Origin: an uncultured Gaiellales bacterium
GTDB lineage: Bacteria > Actinomycetota > Thermoleophilia > Gaiellales > Gaiellaceae
Reading direction: 5' to 3'
DNA length: 64,000 nt
Assembly: GCA_964602945.1 (NCBI GenBank)
Contig: CAZRTE010000001.1
Coordinates: 7,594 to 71,593 of the forward strand
Under the pieces are notes generated by a model. It made no database searches and was not told the DNA's origin. It saw nothing but the letters and a program-made list of their open reading frames with translations. This document shows positions 17,453-26,429 of the stretch, in pieces (position 1 is the stretch's first letter; each line of letters starts with the position of its first letter). The position numbers and the translations under genes are program-made.

Positions 17453-18356
17453 CGACCGCTCCTTCCGCCCCAGCGAGCTCCGGCAGCCGCCAGCCGATCA
17501 TCCGCGGGATCCCGAGCGTCCGCTCGTCGAGCCCGAGCGCGAGCCCGACGAGCTGCGTGAAGTACGCGACCGTGAGCTCGATCGGCTCGAACGTGCGCGA
17601 CATCTGCCCCTGGAACGCCTCGAGGTTGAACTGGCAGAGCGGGCACACGCTCGCGACGACGTTGGCCCCGCGCTCGCGCGCGTCCTGCAGCAGCTCGAAG
17701 CTGCGCTTGAGCGTCGCCTCGGGCAGCGCGCCGACGATCGGGCCGCCGCAGTAGCAGGAGCCGCCGCAGCAGCGGGTGCGGCGCGGCCACTCGATCGTCT
17801 CCGCCCCGAGCGCCTGCATCAGCCGCTCCATCGAGGTCGGCTCGCGCCGGTCGTCGAAGGTCGCGTACGGGCGAACGAGGAGGCAGCCGTAGTAGCAGGC
17901 GACGCGCAGGCCCTCGAGCGGGCGGACGACCGCCTCGGCGATCCGGTCGAGTCCGACGTCGTTGACGAGCACGTCCAGGGGGTGCCGGGTGCGCGCCCGG
18001 CCGGCGTAGTCGAGCCCGACCGCCTGGAGAGCCCCGCCGACGCGCTCCGCCTCGGCCCCGCCGCCCTCGAGCAGGCGCTCGGTCTTCAGCAGCGCGCGGT
18101 AGCAGCCCGCGCAGGGAGCGACGAGGTCGACGTTCTCCGCATCCGGCCACGCATCCTCTGCGAGCGCGAGATTGCGCGCGGAGAGCGCGAACCCCTTCGC
18201 CGCATCCGTGGACGGGTAGGCCGTCGCACCGCAGCAGTTCCAGTCGTCGAGGGCGTCGAGGCCGCTGCCGAGCGTCTCGAACACCGCGAGCAGCGACTCC
18301 TCGTAGGGGCGCCCCGTGCCTCCTGCAGAGCAGCCCGGATAGTACGAGTAGCTCAT
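17439..18356 (-). CDS. hdrB: Heterodisulfide reductase subunit B (two CCG domains)
   Basis: Inside ORF 17439..18845, starting at the ATG at 18356. MSYSYYPGCS..., WNCCGA and TRCCGGS CCG motifs. Overlaps the hdrA start by 14 nt. Confidence 0.85.
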   Translation of the reverse strand: MSYSYYPGCSAGGTGRPYEESLLAVFETLGSGLDALDDWNCCGATAYPSTDAAKGFALSARNLALAEDAWPDAENVDLVAPCAGCYRALLKTERLLEGGGAEAERVGGALQAVGLDYAGRARTRHPLDVLVNDVGLDRIAEAVVRPLEGLRVACYYGCLLVRPYATFDDRREPTSMERLMQALGAETIEWPRRTRCCGGSCYCGGPIVGALPEATLKRSFELLQDARERGANVVASVCPLCQFNLEAFQGQMSRTFEPIELTVAYFTQLVGLALGLDERTLGIPRMIGWRLPELAGAEGAVGAGV

Positions 18357-18853
18357 CCCGCCGCCTCCGTCGGCGGCTCGAGCGCGGCGAGCAGCTGCCG
18401 GACCTGCGCCCGCCCGCGGTTCCGCTCCCGCCGGAAGCTCATCCGCCCCGAGCGGAGCAGGCGGAGCGCGAGCGGTGCGTTGCGCACGAGCTGCAGCGGC
18501 CGCGTCCGCAGGTAGAGCGAGATCGAGATCCACGACTCGGTGCTCCGCCCCCACCGGTCGACCGACCCGACGAAGGCGCGCACCATGACCGGGGACGGGA
18601 ACCGCCGCGGGTAGAGGTCGCGCTGCATCGACTCGCGCTTGAGCGCGTAGATGGCGTCGGTGATCGGAATCTGCTTCGGGCACTCGACGGTGCACGCGTA
18701 GCAGGAGGTGCACACCCAGATCGTGCGGCCGCGCATGAGCTCGTCCGCGTGCTCTCCGCGCACCAGCGCCACGACCTGGCGCGGCAGCAGCTCCATGTAG
18801 TCGCTCATCGGGCAGACGGCGCTGCACGTCCCGCACTGGAGGCACGGATCCAC
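18353..18853 (-). CDS. hdrC: Heterodisulfide reductase subunit C (2x[4Fe-4S])
   Basis: ORF 18353..18853 (GTG start): CLQCGTCSAVCP and CTSCYACTVECP. 4-nt overlap with hdrB. Confidence 0.85.
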   Translation of the reverse strand: MDPCLQCGTCSAVCPMSDYMELLPRQVVALVRGEHADELMRGRTIWVCTSCYACTVECPKQIPITDAIYALKRESMQRDLYPRRFPSPVMVRAFVGSVDRWGRSTESWISISLYLRTRPLQLVRNAPLALRLLRSGRMSFRRERNRGRAQVRQLLAALEPPTEAAG

Positions 18854-19027
18854 GACATCCGTCTGCTCCGCGGAGAGAGCAGATTCGACCGGCCGCGTAT
18901 CGAGAGCGGTGCCCGTGTCAGCCCTGCCTTTCTCGACATCTCAGGCCTAACACGGCGACGATGACCGGCCTTCGGTACTTCCTACTCACAGACCTGCGGA
19001 CACCCCCGCCAACCGCTACAACCACGT

Positions 19028-19043
19028 GGTTGTCCTCGCCGAG
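19028..19043. promoter_or_regulatory. Perfect 16-bp palindrome ACAACCACGTGGTTGT in the hdrC/hypF divergent intergenic region (candidate operator)
   Basis: Read directly. Located 95 nt upstream of the hypF ATG and 175 nt from the hdrC start, within the lowest-GC stretch of the 284-bp spacer. Confidence 0.4.
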
Positions 19044-19137
19044 GTGGCGCGTCTCCACCGCGAGGTCGGTACCGGGACCGGTCGCCGTGCGGCTTTCCCG
19101 CGATGCCGCGGCATGTGCGCGGCGGCACGCTCTCCCT

Positions 19138-21291
19138 ATGGCCGCGGTGAGCCTACAGCGCCGCCGCTTCCGGGCGCGAGGAGTCGTCCAGGGCGTGGGG
19201 TTCCGTCCCTTCGTCCACCGGCTCGCGCGCGCGCACGGCCTCGCCGGGTTCGTCCTCAACGACGGCGCCGGCGTGGTGATCGAGGCCGAGGGGCCGGCCT
19301 GGGAGCTCGACGCGTTCGCCGCCGAGATCGTGCGGGAGGCACCGGCCCTCGCCCGTGTGGAGTCGCTCGCCGCGGTCCCGGTCGGCCTCCGCCACGACGA
19401 CGCCTTCGCCATCCGCACGAGCGCCGCCGGCGGCGGGGCGGCGGCCGTCGTCCCGCCCGACGTCGCCACCTGCGACGACTGCCTGCGCGAGCTGTTCGAT
19501 CCGGGCGACCGGCGCTACCGCTACCCGTTCCTCAACTGCACCCAGTGCGGCCCGCGTCTCACGATCGTCCGCTCGGTGCCGTACGACCGTCCGCGGACGA
19601 CGATGGCGGGCTTCGAGCTCTGCCCCGACTGCCGCCGCGAGTACGAGGACCCGGCGGATCGCCGCTTCCACGCCGAGCCGATCGCATGCCCGGCCTGCGG
19701 GCCGCAGCTGTCGCTGCCGCTCGAGGAGGCGGTCGCGATCCTGCGCACGGGCGGGATCGTCGCGATCAAGGGGATCGGCGGCTACCACCTCGCGTGCCTC
19801 GCCGGCGACGAGGACGCGGTCGCACGTCTGCGCGCACGCAAGCACCGCGAGGAGAAGCCGCTCGCGCTGATGACCGGCGATCCGGACGCGCTCTGTGTCC
19901 TCGACTCCGAGGAGCGGGCCCTGCTCTCGTCACCGGCGCGGCCGATCGTGCTCGCGCACCGCCGTGTGGACGCAGCCGTCGCCGAGTCCGTCTCCCCCGG
20001 CTCGCCCTGGCTCGGCGTGATGCTGCCGTACTCGCCGCTGCACCATCTCCTCTGGCACGACCTCGGCCTGCCGATCGTGCTCACGAGCGGCAACAGGAGC
20101 GACGAGCCGATCGCCTTCGACGACGAGGAGGCACGCACCCGGCTGGCCGGCATCGCCGACGCGTTCCTCGGTCATGACCGCCCGATCCACCGGCGCTGCG
20201 AGGACTCCGTCGTCCGCCGGGGCGCCGTTCTGCGCCGCTCGCGGGGCTACGCGCCGCAGCCGCTGCCGCTGCCGGTCCCCGCTCCCAGGCCGCTCGTCGC
20301 CGCCGGCGGCGAGCTCAAGAGCACCTTCTGCGCCGTGCGCGGCGCGGAGGCGTTCCTGTCCGCGCATCTCGGCGATCTCGACTCCGCGCAGGCCTACCGG
20401 GCGTTCCGCGAGGACCTGCGCCTGTACCTCGAGATGCTCCGCATCGCGCCGGAGGCCGTGGCCTGCGATCTCCATCCCGAGTACCTCTCCACGAAGTGGG
20501 CGCACGACCTCGGCCTCGACGTCGTCGGCGTCCAGCACCACCACGCCCACGCGGCCGCGTGCCTCGCCGAGCACGGCGAGACGGGGCCGGCTCTCGCGCT
20601 CGTGTTCGACGGCACGGGCTACGGCCCGGACGGAACGCTCTGGGGCGGCGAGCTCCTGCGCGCCGACCTCGGCGGCTACGAGCGGCTCGCCTGGCTCGAC
20701 CCGGTGCCGCTGCCGGGCGGCGAGGCGGCGATCCGCGAGCCGTGGCGGATCGCGGCTGCTCAGCTCGAGCGGGCCGGCCTCCCGGTGCCGTGGCCGGCGT
20801 GGGAGCAGGTGCGCGCCAGCCTCGCCGTCAACGCGCCGCTCGCGTCCGGCATGGGCCGGCTCTTCGATGCCGTCGCCGCGATCCTCGGCGTCCGCGAGCA
20901 CATCTCGTACGAAGGGCAGGCGGCGATCGAGCTCGAGCTCCTCGCGGGCGACACCCCGGCCGAGCCGCTCCCGTGGGCGTTCGGAGCCACGAGCGAGCTG
21001 GTAACAGACTGTTACTTGCTCCTGCGGGAGGGCCGCCCGCGGGAGGAGATCGCGGCCGTGTTCCACGAGACGGTCGCCGCCTCGGCGGCCGCCGCCTGCT
21101 GCGCGTTCGACGGGGACACCGTCGTCCTGTCCGGCGGCAGCTTCCAGAACCGGCGGCTGGCGGCGGCGACCCGCGCGCGGCTCGAGGAGTCGGGCCGCCG
21201 CGTGCTCGAGCACAGGCTCGTGCCGGCGAACGACGGCGGGATCAGCTTCGGCCAGGCCGCCGTGGCCGCCTGGAGGCTCGCATGTGCCTAG
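19138..21291 (+). CDS. hypF: Carbamoyltransferase HypF
   Basis: ORF 18961..21291 trimmed to the ATG at 19138, just before the acylphosphatase motif (VQGVGFRPFV). CxxC zinc fingers (CDDC, CTQC, CPDC, CPAC), a YrdC-like region and a Kae1-like region. Confidence 0.9.
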   Translation: MAAVSLQRRRFRARGVVQGVGFRPFVHRLARAHGLAGFVLNDGAGVVIEAEGPAWELDAFAAEIVREAPALARVESLAAVPVGLRHDDAFAIRTSAAGGGAAAVVPPDVATCDDCLRELFDPGDRRYRYPFLNCTQCGPRLTIVRSVPYDRPRTTMAGFELCPDCRREYEDPADRRFHAEPIACPACGPQLSLPLEEAVAILRTGGIVAIKGIGGYHLACLAGDEDAVARLRARKHREEKPLALMTGDPDALCVLDSEERALLSSPARPIVLAHRRVDAAVAESVSPGSPWLGVMLPYSPLHHLLWHDLGLPIVLTSGNRSDEPIAFDDEEARTRLAGIADAFLGHDRPIHRRCEDSVVRRGAVLRRSRGYAPQPLPLPVPAPRPLVAAGGELKSTFCAVRGAEAFLSAHLGDLDSAQAYRAFREDLRLYLEMLRIAPEAVACDLHPEYLSTKWAHDLGLDVVGVQHHHAHAAACLAEHGETGPALALVFDGTGYGPDGTLWGGELLRADLGGYERLAWLDPVPLPGGEAAIREPWRIAAAQLERAGLPVPWPAWEQVRASLAVNAPLASGMGRLFDAVAAILGVREHISYEGQAAIELELLAGDTPAEPLPWAFGATSELVTDCYLLLREGRPREEIAAVFHETVAASAAAACCAFDGDTVVLSGGSFQNRRLAAATRARLEESGRRVLEHRLVPANDGGISFGQAAVAAWRLACA
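20997..21019. repeat. AT-rich 23-mer GCTGGTAACAGACTGTTACTTGC inside hypF, containing the perfect palindrome GTAACAG-A-CTGTTAC
   Basis: Read directly. Encoded by rare codons GTA ACA GAC TGT TAC TTG (LVTDCYL). 19/23 identical to 229..251 in the same orientation. Confidence 0.4.
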
Positions 21292-21512
21292 GCATCCCCG
21301 GCCAGGTGCTCGAGCGGCTGCCGGACGGCCTCGCGCAGGTCGACTTCGGCGGCGTGCGCCGCTCGGTGAGCGTCGCGTTCACGCCCGAGGCCGAGCCGGG
21401 CGACTGGGTGCTCGTCCATGTCGGCTTCGCGCTCGCGACGCTCGACGAGGAGGAGGCGCAGGCCACCCTCGACCTGCTCGGCGAGGCGCTCGAGGCGGAG
21501 CTCTCGCCGTGA
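21282..21512 (+). CDS. hypC: Hydrogenase assembly chaperone HypC
   Basis: Last 76 aa of artefactual ORF 20496..21512. MCLGIPGQV N-terminus; overlaps the hypF stop. Confidence 0.85.
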   Translation: MCLGIPGQVLERLPDGLAQVDFGGVRRSVSVAFTPEAEPGDWVLVHVGFALATLDEEEAQATLDLLGEALEAELSP

Positions 21513-22624
21513 GGTACGTCGACGAGTACCGGGACAGCCGCGCGGCGAAGGCGATCGCCGCCGAGCTGCGTACGCTCGTCGAGCCGGGAGCGCACGTGAA
21601 GCTCATGGAGGTGTGCGGCGGGCACACGCACGCGATCTACCGGCACGGCATCGACACGCTGCTCCCCGACGAGGTCGAGCTCGTCCACGGGCCGGGTTGC
21701 CCGGTCTGCGTCATCCCGATGGGACGGGTCGACGACGCGATCACGATCGCCGAGCGGCCCGAGGTGACGTTCACGAGCTTCGGCGACATGTTGCGCGTGC
21801 CGGGCGGCCGGCGGCGGTCGCTCCTCGAGGCGAAGGCGCGCGGCGCGGACGTGCGCATCGTCTACTCGCCGCTCGACGCGCTCGCGATCGCGCGCGCGGA
21901 GCCGCAGCGCGAGGTCGTCTTCTTCGGGGTCGGCTTCGAGACGACGGCGCCGGCGGTCGCGCTGACGCTGATCCGGGCGCGCGAGCTCGGGGTGCGCAAC
22001 TTCTCCGTCTTCTGCAACCACGTGCTCGTCTCCCCCGCGCTGCGCGCGATCCTCGACGCTCCCGAGACGGAGATCGACGGCTTCATCGGCCCCGGGCACG
22101 TGTCCACGGTGATCGGCACGCGGCCGTACGAGTTCATCAGCCGCGAGTACGGCCGCCCCGTCGTCGTCGCCGGGTTCGAGCCGACCGACATCCTCCAGGC
22201 GGTCGCCCGGCTGCTCGGCCAGCTCCGCGCAGGCCGCGCGGAGGTCGAGAACCAGTACGGCCGCGTCGTGCGTGACGAGGGCAACCCCGCCGCCCTCGCG
22301 GCGCTCGAGCGCGTCTTCACCGTCCGCGACGACTTCGAGTGGCGCGGGCTCGGCGCCATCCCGCGCAGCGGCTTCCGCATCGCCGACGCGTTCGCCGAGT
22401 GGGACGCCGAGAACCGCTTCGAGGTACCGGGCGCGCGGATCGAGGATCCGAAGGCCTGCCGCTGCGGCGACGTGCTCCGCGGCCTGGCCAAACCCTACGA
22501 GTGCGGCGTGTTCGGCACGGCCTGCACGCCGGAGAAGCCGCTCGGCACGTGCATGGTCTCGAGCGAGGGCGCGTGCGCCGCGTACTACGCCTACGGGCGG
22601 CACCGGCCGAAGGTGCCTGCATGA
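21509..22624 (+). CDS. hypD: Hydrogenase formation protein HypD
   Basis: Inside ORF 21284..22624. The GTG at 21509 overlaps the hypC stop. Motifs: CGGHTHAI, GPGCPVCV, FETTAP. Confidence 0.9.
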   Translation: MRYVDEYRDSRAAKAIAAELRTLVEPGAHVKLMEVCGGHTHAIYRHGIDTLLPDEVELVHGPGCPVCVIPMGRVDDAITIAERPEVTFTSFGDMLRVPGGRRRSLLEAKARGADVRIVYSPLDALAIARAEPQREVVFFGVGFETTAPAVALTLIRARELGVRNFSVFCNHVLVSPALRAILDAPETEIDGFIGPGHVSTVIGTRPYEFISREYGRPVVVAGFEPTDILQAVARLLGQLRAGRAEVENQYGRVVRDEGNPAALAALERVFTVRDDFEWRGLGAIPRSGFRIADAFAEWDAENRFEVPGARIEDPKACRCGDVLRGLAKPYECGVFGTACTPEKPLGTCMVSSEGACAAYYAYGRHRPKVPA

Positions 22625-23631
22625 CCGACGAGGTCGTGACCCTCGCCCACGGAGCCGGGGGCAAGGCGTCGCGGCGGCTCGTGGAGGAGCTCTTCCTGCC
22701 CGAGCTGCGCAACCCGCTGCTCGAGCCGCTCGGCGACGCGGCGCTCGTGTCCGCCAACGGGACGCGGCTCGCTCTCACGACCGACTCCTATGTCGTGCGG
22801 CCGCTCGTCTTCCCCGGCGGCGACATCGGGGAGTTGGCCGTCAACGGCACGGTCAACGACCTCGCCGTCTCCGGCGCGACGCCGCTCGCGCTCACCGCCG
22901 CCTTCGTCATCGAGGAAGGGTTTCCGGTCGACGACCTGCGCGCTCTCGCGCATTCGGCCGCGCAGGCGGCGCAGGCTGCGGGCGTCTCCATCGCCGCCGG
23001 GGACACGAAGGTCGTCGAGCGCGGCGCAGCCGACGGCCTCTTCGTCACGACGTCCGGCGTCGGCCTGCTCGACCCGCGCGTGCGGCTCGAGCCGTCGCGT
23101 GTCCGGCCCGGCGACCGCGTGCTCGTGTCCGGCGGGATCGCCGAGCACGGCATCGCCGTGATGCTGGCGCGGGGCAACCTCGCTCTCGAGCTCGACCTCG
23201 AGAGCGACACGGCCCCGCTGCACGAGCTCGCGGCAGCCCTCTGCGAGCTCGGCGGCGACCTGCGCTGGATGCGCGACCCCACCCGCGGCGGCCTCGCGAC
23301 GACGCTGAACGAGCTCGCGTCCGGCGCCGGAGCGACGATCGTGCTCGAGGAGACCGCGATCCCGGTGCGCGACGACGTCCGATCCGCTTGCGAGCTGCTG
23401 GGGATCGACCCGTTCTACGTGGCGAACGAGGGCAAGCTCGTCGCCGTCGTGGCGCCGGCGGTGGCCGAGGCGGCGGTCGCGGCGCTCCGCCGGCACCCGC
23501 TCGGCGCCTTCGCGGCGGACATCGGCGAGGTGCGGGAGGACGATGTGCCGCTCGTGCTCGCCGAGACGCCGTTCGGCGGCAGCCGCATCGTCGACATGCT
23601 CGTCGGCGACCCGCTGCCGCGCATCTGCTGA
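22621..23631 (+). CDS. hypE: Hydrogenase expression/formation protein HypE
   Basis: Inside ORF 22339..23631. The ATG at 22621 overlaps the hypD stop (ATGA). AIR-synthase-like fold motifs and the C-terminal PRIC. Confidence 0.9.
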   Translation: MTDEVVTLAHGAGGKASRRLVEELFLPELRNPLLEPLGDAALVSANGTRLALTTDSYVVRPLVFPGGDIGELAVNGTVNDLAVSGATPLALTAAFVIEEGFPVDDLRALAHSAAQAAQAAGVSIAAGDTKVVERGAADGLFVTTSGVGLLDPRVRLEPSRVRPGDRVLVSGGIAEHGIAVMLARGNLALELDLESDTAPLHELAAALCELGGDLRWMRDPTRGGLATTLNELASGAGATIVLEETAIPVRDDVRSACELLGIDPFYVANEGKLVAVVAPAVAEAAVAALRRHPLGAFAADIGEVREDDVPLVLAETPFGGSRIVDMLVGDPLPRIC

Positions 23632-23640
23632 CCGCGCGCG

Positions 23641-23913
23641 TCAGCCTTCCGGCAGCTCGACCTCGACGGTCTCGAGGACGACCCCGGTCGCCTGCGGATC
23701 GTCGAGATCCTGCTCGAGCACGGCGTCGACGCGGGCGCCCTCCGCGACGGTGCCGCGCGAGGCGTCGTCGAAGTGCTCCCGGAAGTGCTCCGGCGTGAAG
23801 TGCGACAAGGCGCCGAGCCGCACGCCCACGCGCGTCACCCGGACCGCGTCCTCGGCGCGCGCGACGGTCTCGATCTCCCGGACGAGATCGCTCATGAGGG
23901 CGCGCTCGTGCAT
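23641..23913 (-). CDS. HypA-like protein lacking the zinc-finger module (90 aa, no Cys)
   Basis: C-terminal 90 aa of artefactual ORF 23641..24501, starting at the ATG at 23913. MHERALMSDLVREIE... is collinear with HypA up to AEGARVDAV, then DLDDPQAT replaces the CxxC...CxxC region. Confidence 0.65.
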   Translation of the reverse strand: MHERALMSDLVREIETVARAEDAVRVTRVGVRLGALSHFTPEHFREHFDDASRGTVAEGARVDAVLEQDLDDPQATGVVLETVEVELPEG

Positions 23914-24371
23914 GCCTCCCTCTTCAGATCGCTCAGCACCGCGGCGGCCGCCCCGGCGACCGCGGTCTCGACGGACGGCGTCAGGGGCGCACCGGTCTCG
24001 AAGCTCCGCCCCTCGATCCCGTAGACGAGGACACGCCGCGGCAGCCGCCCGAGCGCGCGCGCGAGCTCGATCGTCTCCGCGAGTCCGATCGCATGAGTCG
24101 AGGAGCGGAACTCCTGCGCAGGAACCGGCCTGCGCCCGGCCTCGAAGCGATGGAGCGTGCCCGCCGGCGAGCCGGATGTGACCGCGTCGACGAGGACGGC
24201 GGTGTCGGCCCCTTGCCAGGCGTCCATGAGACGGGTCGGCTCCTCGTCGCACGCGACGACGTCCACCCAGCGCGGCACGCGCTCGCGCAGCCGCTCGGCG
24301 ACCGCGACTCCCGCGCCGTCGTCGCCGCGCAGCCGGTTGCCGATCCCGATCACGACGACGCGCGGATTCAC
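23892..24371 (-). CDS. Hydrogenase maturation endopeptidase for the Hyh-type enzyme
   Basis: ORF 23892..24419 trimmed to the GTG at 24371, which overlaps the large-subunit stop (GTGA). VVVIGIGNRLRGDDGAG. Confidence 0.75.
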   Translation of the reverse strand: MNPRVVVIGIGNRLRGDDGAGVAVAERLRERVPRWVDVVACDEEPTRLMDAWQGADTAVLVDAVTSGSPAGTLHRFEAGRRPVPAQEFRSSTHAIGLAETIELARALGRLPRRVLVYGIEGRSFETGAPLTPSVETAVAGAAAAVLSDLKREACTSAPS

Positions 24372-25663
24372 TTCCGCTCGATGTCGAGCGTGAGGAAGTG
24401 CGTGGCGCACGAGATGCACGGGTCGTAGTTGCGGATCGTCTGCTCGCAGAGCCCCCGCAGCGCATCGTCGGGGAGCTCGACGTTGCGCGCGACCACGTCA
24501 CGGAGGTCGTCCTCGATCGCGAGCTGGTTCTGGGACGTCGGAGGCACGATCTTGGCCTCGAGGATCGTCCCCTCGTCGTCGATCCGGTAGCGGTGGTAGA
24601 GCAGCCCGCGCGGCGCCTCGCTCACGCCGTAGCCGACCCCGGGCACGGGCTCTACCGGCTCGGCCGGGCGGTCGGGCTCCTCGTACGCCTCGATCGCCCG
24701 CAGGGCCTCCTCGCACGCCTGCACGAGCTCGACGCTGCGCACGACGATGCTGCGGAACGGATCCCGGCACTCGGCCCCGAGGCCCGCCTCCGCGGCCGCC
24801 TCGCGCGCGAGCGGCGACAGCTGCGCGGAGTTGAGGCTGTAGCGGGCCAGCGGGCCGCACAGATACGTGCCCCCGCTGCTGCGCAGACGCGACTGGAGCG
24901 CGTTCGAGCGCTCGACGTGCAGCTCCTCGAAGTGCTCCTCGTACTCGGCCGGTACGAGGTCGAGGCCGCCGGAGGAGCGGATCCGGCCCCGCTCGATCGC
25001 GTAGTCCTCCTCGTGGGTGAGCGCGACGAGATCGCCCTCGACCGTCCGCTCCGGGAACTCGAAGCCGGCCGTCCAGCGCACGGTCTCGAGCGACGCCTCG
25101 AGCGCCCGCTCGAGCGGTCCGGCGAGCGCGCGCAGCTCGTCCCGGGTCGGGACGCGGTAGAAGCCACCGACGCGGAAGTTGACCGGGTGGATCTCGCGGC
25201 CTCCGACGACCCGCATCACGTCGTTGCCGGTCCGCTTGAGCGCAAGCCCGCGCTCGACGGCCGCGGGCGCGTCGCGGGCGAGGTCGATCGCGCTCTCGTA
25301 GCCGAGGAAGTCCGGTGCGTGGAGCATGTAGACGTGCAGCGCGTGGCTCTCGATCCACTCGCCGCAGTAGAGGAGGCGGCGGAGCAGGCGGATGGGCTCC
25401 GGCACCTCGACGCGGCAGAGGCTCTCGAGCGCGTTCACGGCGCTCGTCTGGTACGCGACCGGGCAGATTCCGCAGATCCGGGCCGTGATGTCGGGAGCCT
25501 CGAGGAACGAGCGGCCGCGGAGGAAGGCCTCGAAGAAGCGCGGCGGCTCGAAGATGCGCAGCTCGACGTCCTCGACCTGCTTCCCCGCGATGCTGACGCT
25601 CAGGGCTCCCTCGCCCTCGACCCGCGCGAGGTACTCGGTCACGATCGTGCGCCGCTCAGCCAT
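24368..25663 (-). CDS. hyhL: [NiFe]-hydrogenase large subunit, group 3b-like (sulfhydrogenase alpha / HyhL)
   Basis: ORF 24368..25663: [19 protein letters not shown]-terminal DPCISCATH plus a 9-aa extension. Gene order B-G-S-L. Confidence 0.85.
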   Translation of the reverse strand: MAERRTIVTEYLARVEGEGALSVSIAGKQVEDVELRIFEPPRFFEAFLRGRSFLEAPDITARICGICPVAYQTSAVNALESLCRVEVPEPIRLLRRLLYCGEWIESHALHVYMLHAPDFLGYESAIDLARDAPAAVERGLALKRTGNDVMRVVGGREIHPVNFRVGGFYRVPTRDELRALAGPLERALEASLETVRWTAGFEFPERTVEGDLVALTHEEDYAIERGRIRSSGGLDLVPAEYEEHFEELHVERSNALQSRLRSSGGTYLCGPLARYSLNSAQLSPLAREAAAEAGLGAECRDPFRSIVVRSVELVQACEEALRAIEAYEEPDRPAEPVEPVPGVGYGVSEAPRGLLYHRYRIDDEGTILEAKIVPPTSQNQLAIEDDLRDVVARNVELPDDALRGLCEQTIRNYDPCISCATHFLTLDIERK

Positions 25664-26429
25664 GCTCGACCGCCTTGCCGAACTGGTCGGCGCCGGCGTT
25701 GAAGGTGCGGAAGAGACGCTCGACGTCGCGCTGGCTCCGTCCGAGCCTGCGCAGGAGCGGCACGAGGGCGGCGGTGTTCGGCGACTCCATCGGGCCGAAG
25801 CAGCCGAAGCAGCCGCGGTCGTAGGCCGGACACAGCGCGCCGCAGCCCGCCTGGGTGACCGGGCCGAGGCAGGCGACGCCTCGCGCGACCGGGAGGCAGA
25901 CGACGCCGCGCTGCTTGCACTCGGTGCAGACGCTCGTCGTCGGGATCCTGGGCCGGCGCCCGACGAGCAGGGCGGTCACGACCTCGAGCAGCTGGTACTT
26001 GTCCACCGGGCAGCCGCGCAGCTCGAAGTCGACGTCGACGTGAGCCGAGACGGGAGTCGAGGTCGCGAGCGTCGAGATGTACTGCGGCGTCGCGTAGACG
26101 GCGCGCGTGAACTCGGCGACGTCCGCGAAGTTCCGCAGCGCCTGGATGCCGCCGGACGTGGCGCAGGCGCCGATGGTGACGAGCACCGTCGACGAGCGGC
26201 GCACGGCCTCGATCCGTTCCGCGTCGTGCGGCGTGGTGATCGATCCCTCGACGAGCGAGAGGTCGTACGGGCCCTCCGCGACCGCGCTCGTCGCCTCGCG
26301 GAAGTCGGCGATCTCGACCGCGCCGGCGAGCGCGAGCAGCTCGTCCTCGAGGTCGAGCAGGGAGAGCTGGCAGCCGTCGCAGGAGGCGAACTTCCAGACG
26401 GCGAGCTTCGGCTTCGCGTCGGCGCTCAT
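25656..26429 (-). CDS. hyhS: [NiFe]-hydrogenase small subunit, group 3b-like (delta / HyhS)
   Basis: Inside ORF 25656..26948, starting at the ATG at 26429. [30 protein letters not shown], multiple C-terminal Cys. Confidence 0.85.
   Translation of the reverse strand: MSADAKPKLAVWKFASCDGCQLSLLDLEDELLALAGAVEIADFREATSAVAEGPYDLSLVEGSITTPHDAERIEAVRRSSTVLVTIGACATSGGIQALRNFADVAEFTRAVYATPQYISTLATSTPVSAHVDVDFELRGCPVDKYQLLEVVTALLVGRRPRIPTTSVCTECKQRGVVCLPVARGVACLGPVTQAGCGALCPAYDRGCFGCFGPMESPNTAALVPLLRRLGRSQRDVERLFRTFNAGADQFGKAVEHG

Noticed and set aside
13913-17560. 1215-aa + strand ORF across the hdrA region
   Set aside because: It is the antisense shadow of hdrA. The composition is dominated by R/A/D/E/G/L runs, it has no recognisable motifs, and the opposite strand encodes a protein with dense, ordered HdrA/GltD motifs.
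19028-19043. Possible parS centromere site because of the CACGTG core
   Set aside because: The arms (ACAAC/GTTGT) do not match the TGTTNCACGTGAAACA-type parS consensus that I recall, and no parAB genes are nearby. I kept it only as a generic operator candidate.
18961-19137. 59-codon N-terminal extension of hypF from the track ORF
   Set aside because: The extension lies in the low-GC intergenic region, has no HypF similarity and would cover the palindrome at 19028. The ATG at 19138 sits directly before the acylphosphatase domain.
20997-21019. LexA (Cheo-box GAAC-N4-GTTC) or other named operator identity for the GTAACAG-N-CTGTTAC motif
   Set aside because: The spacing and half-sites do not fit the Cheo box. 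The formal fit to a TNAC-N5-GTNA pattern is weak evidence without a cognate regulator or more copies. It is reported as an unexplained motif only.
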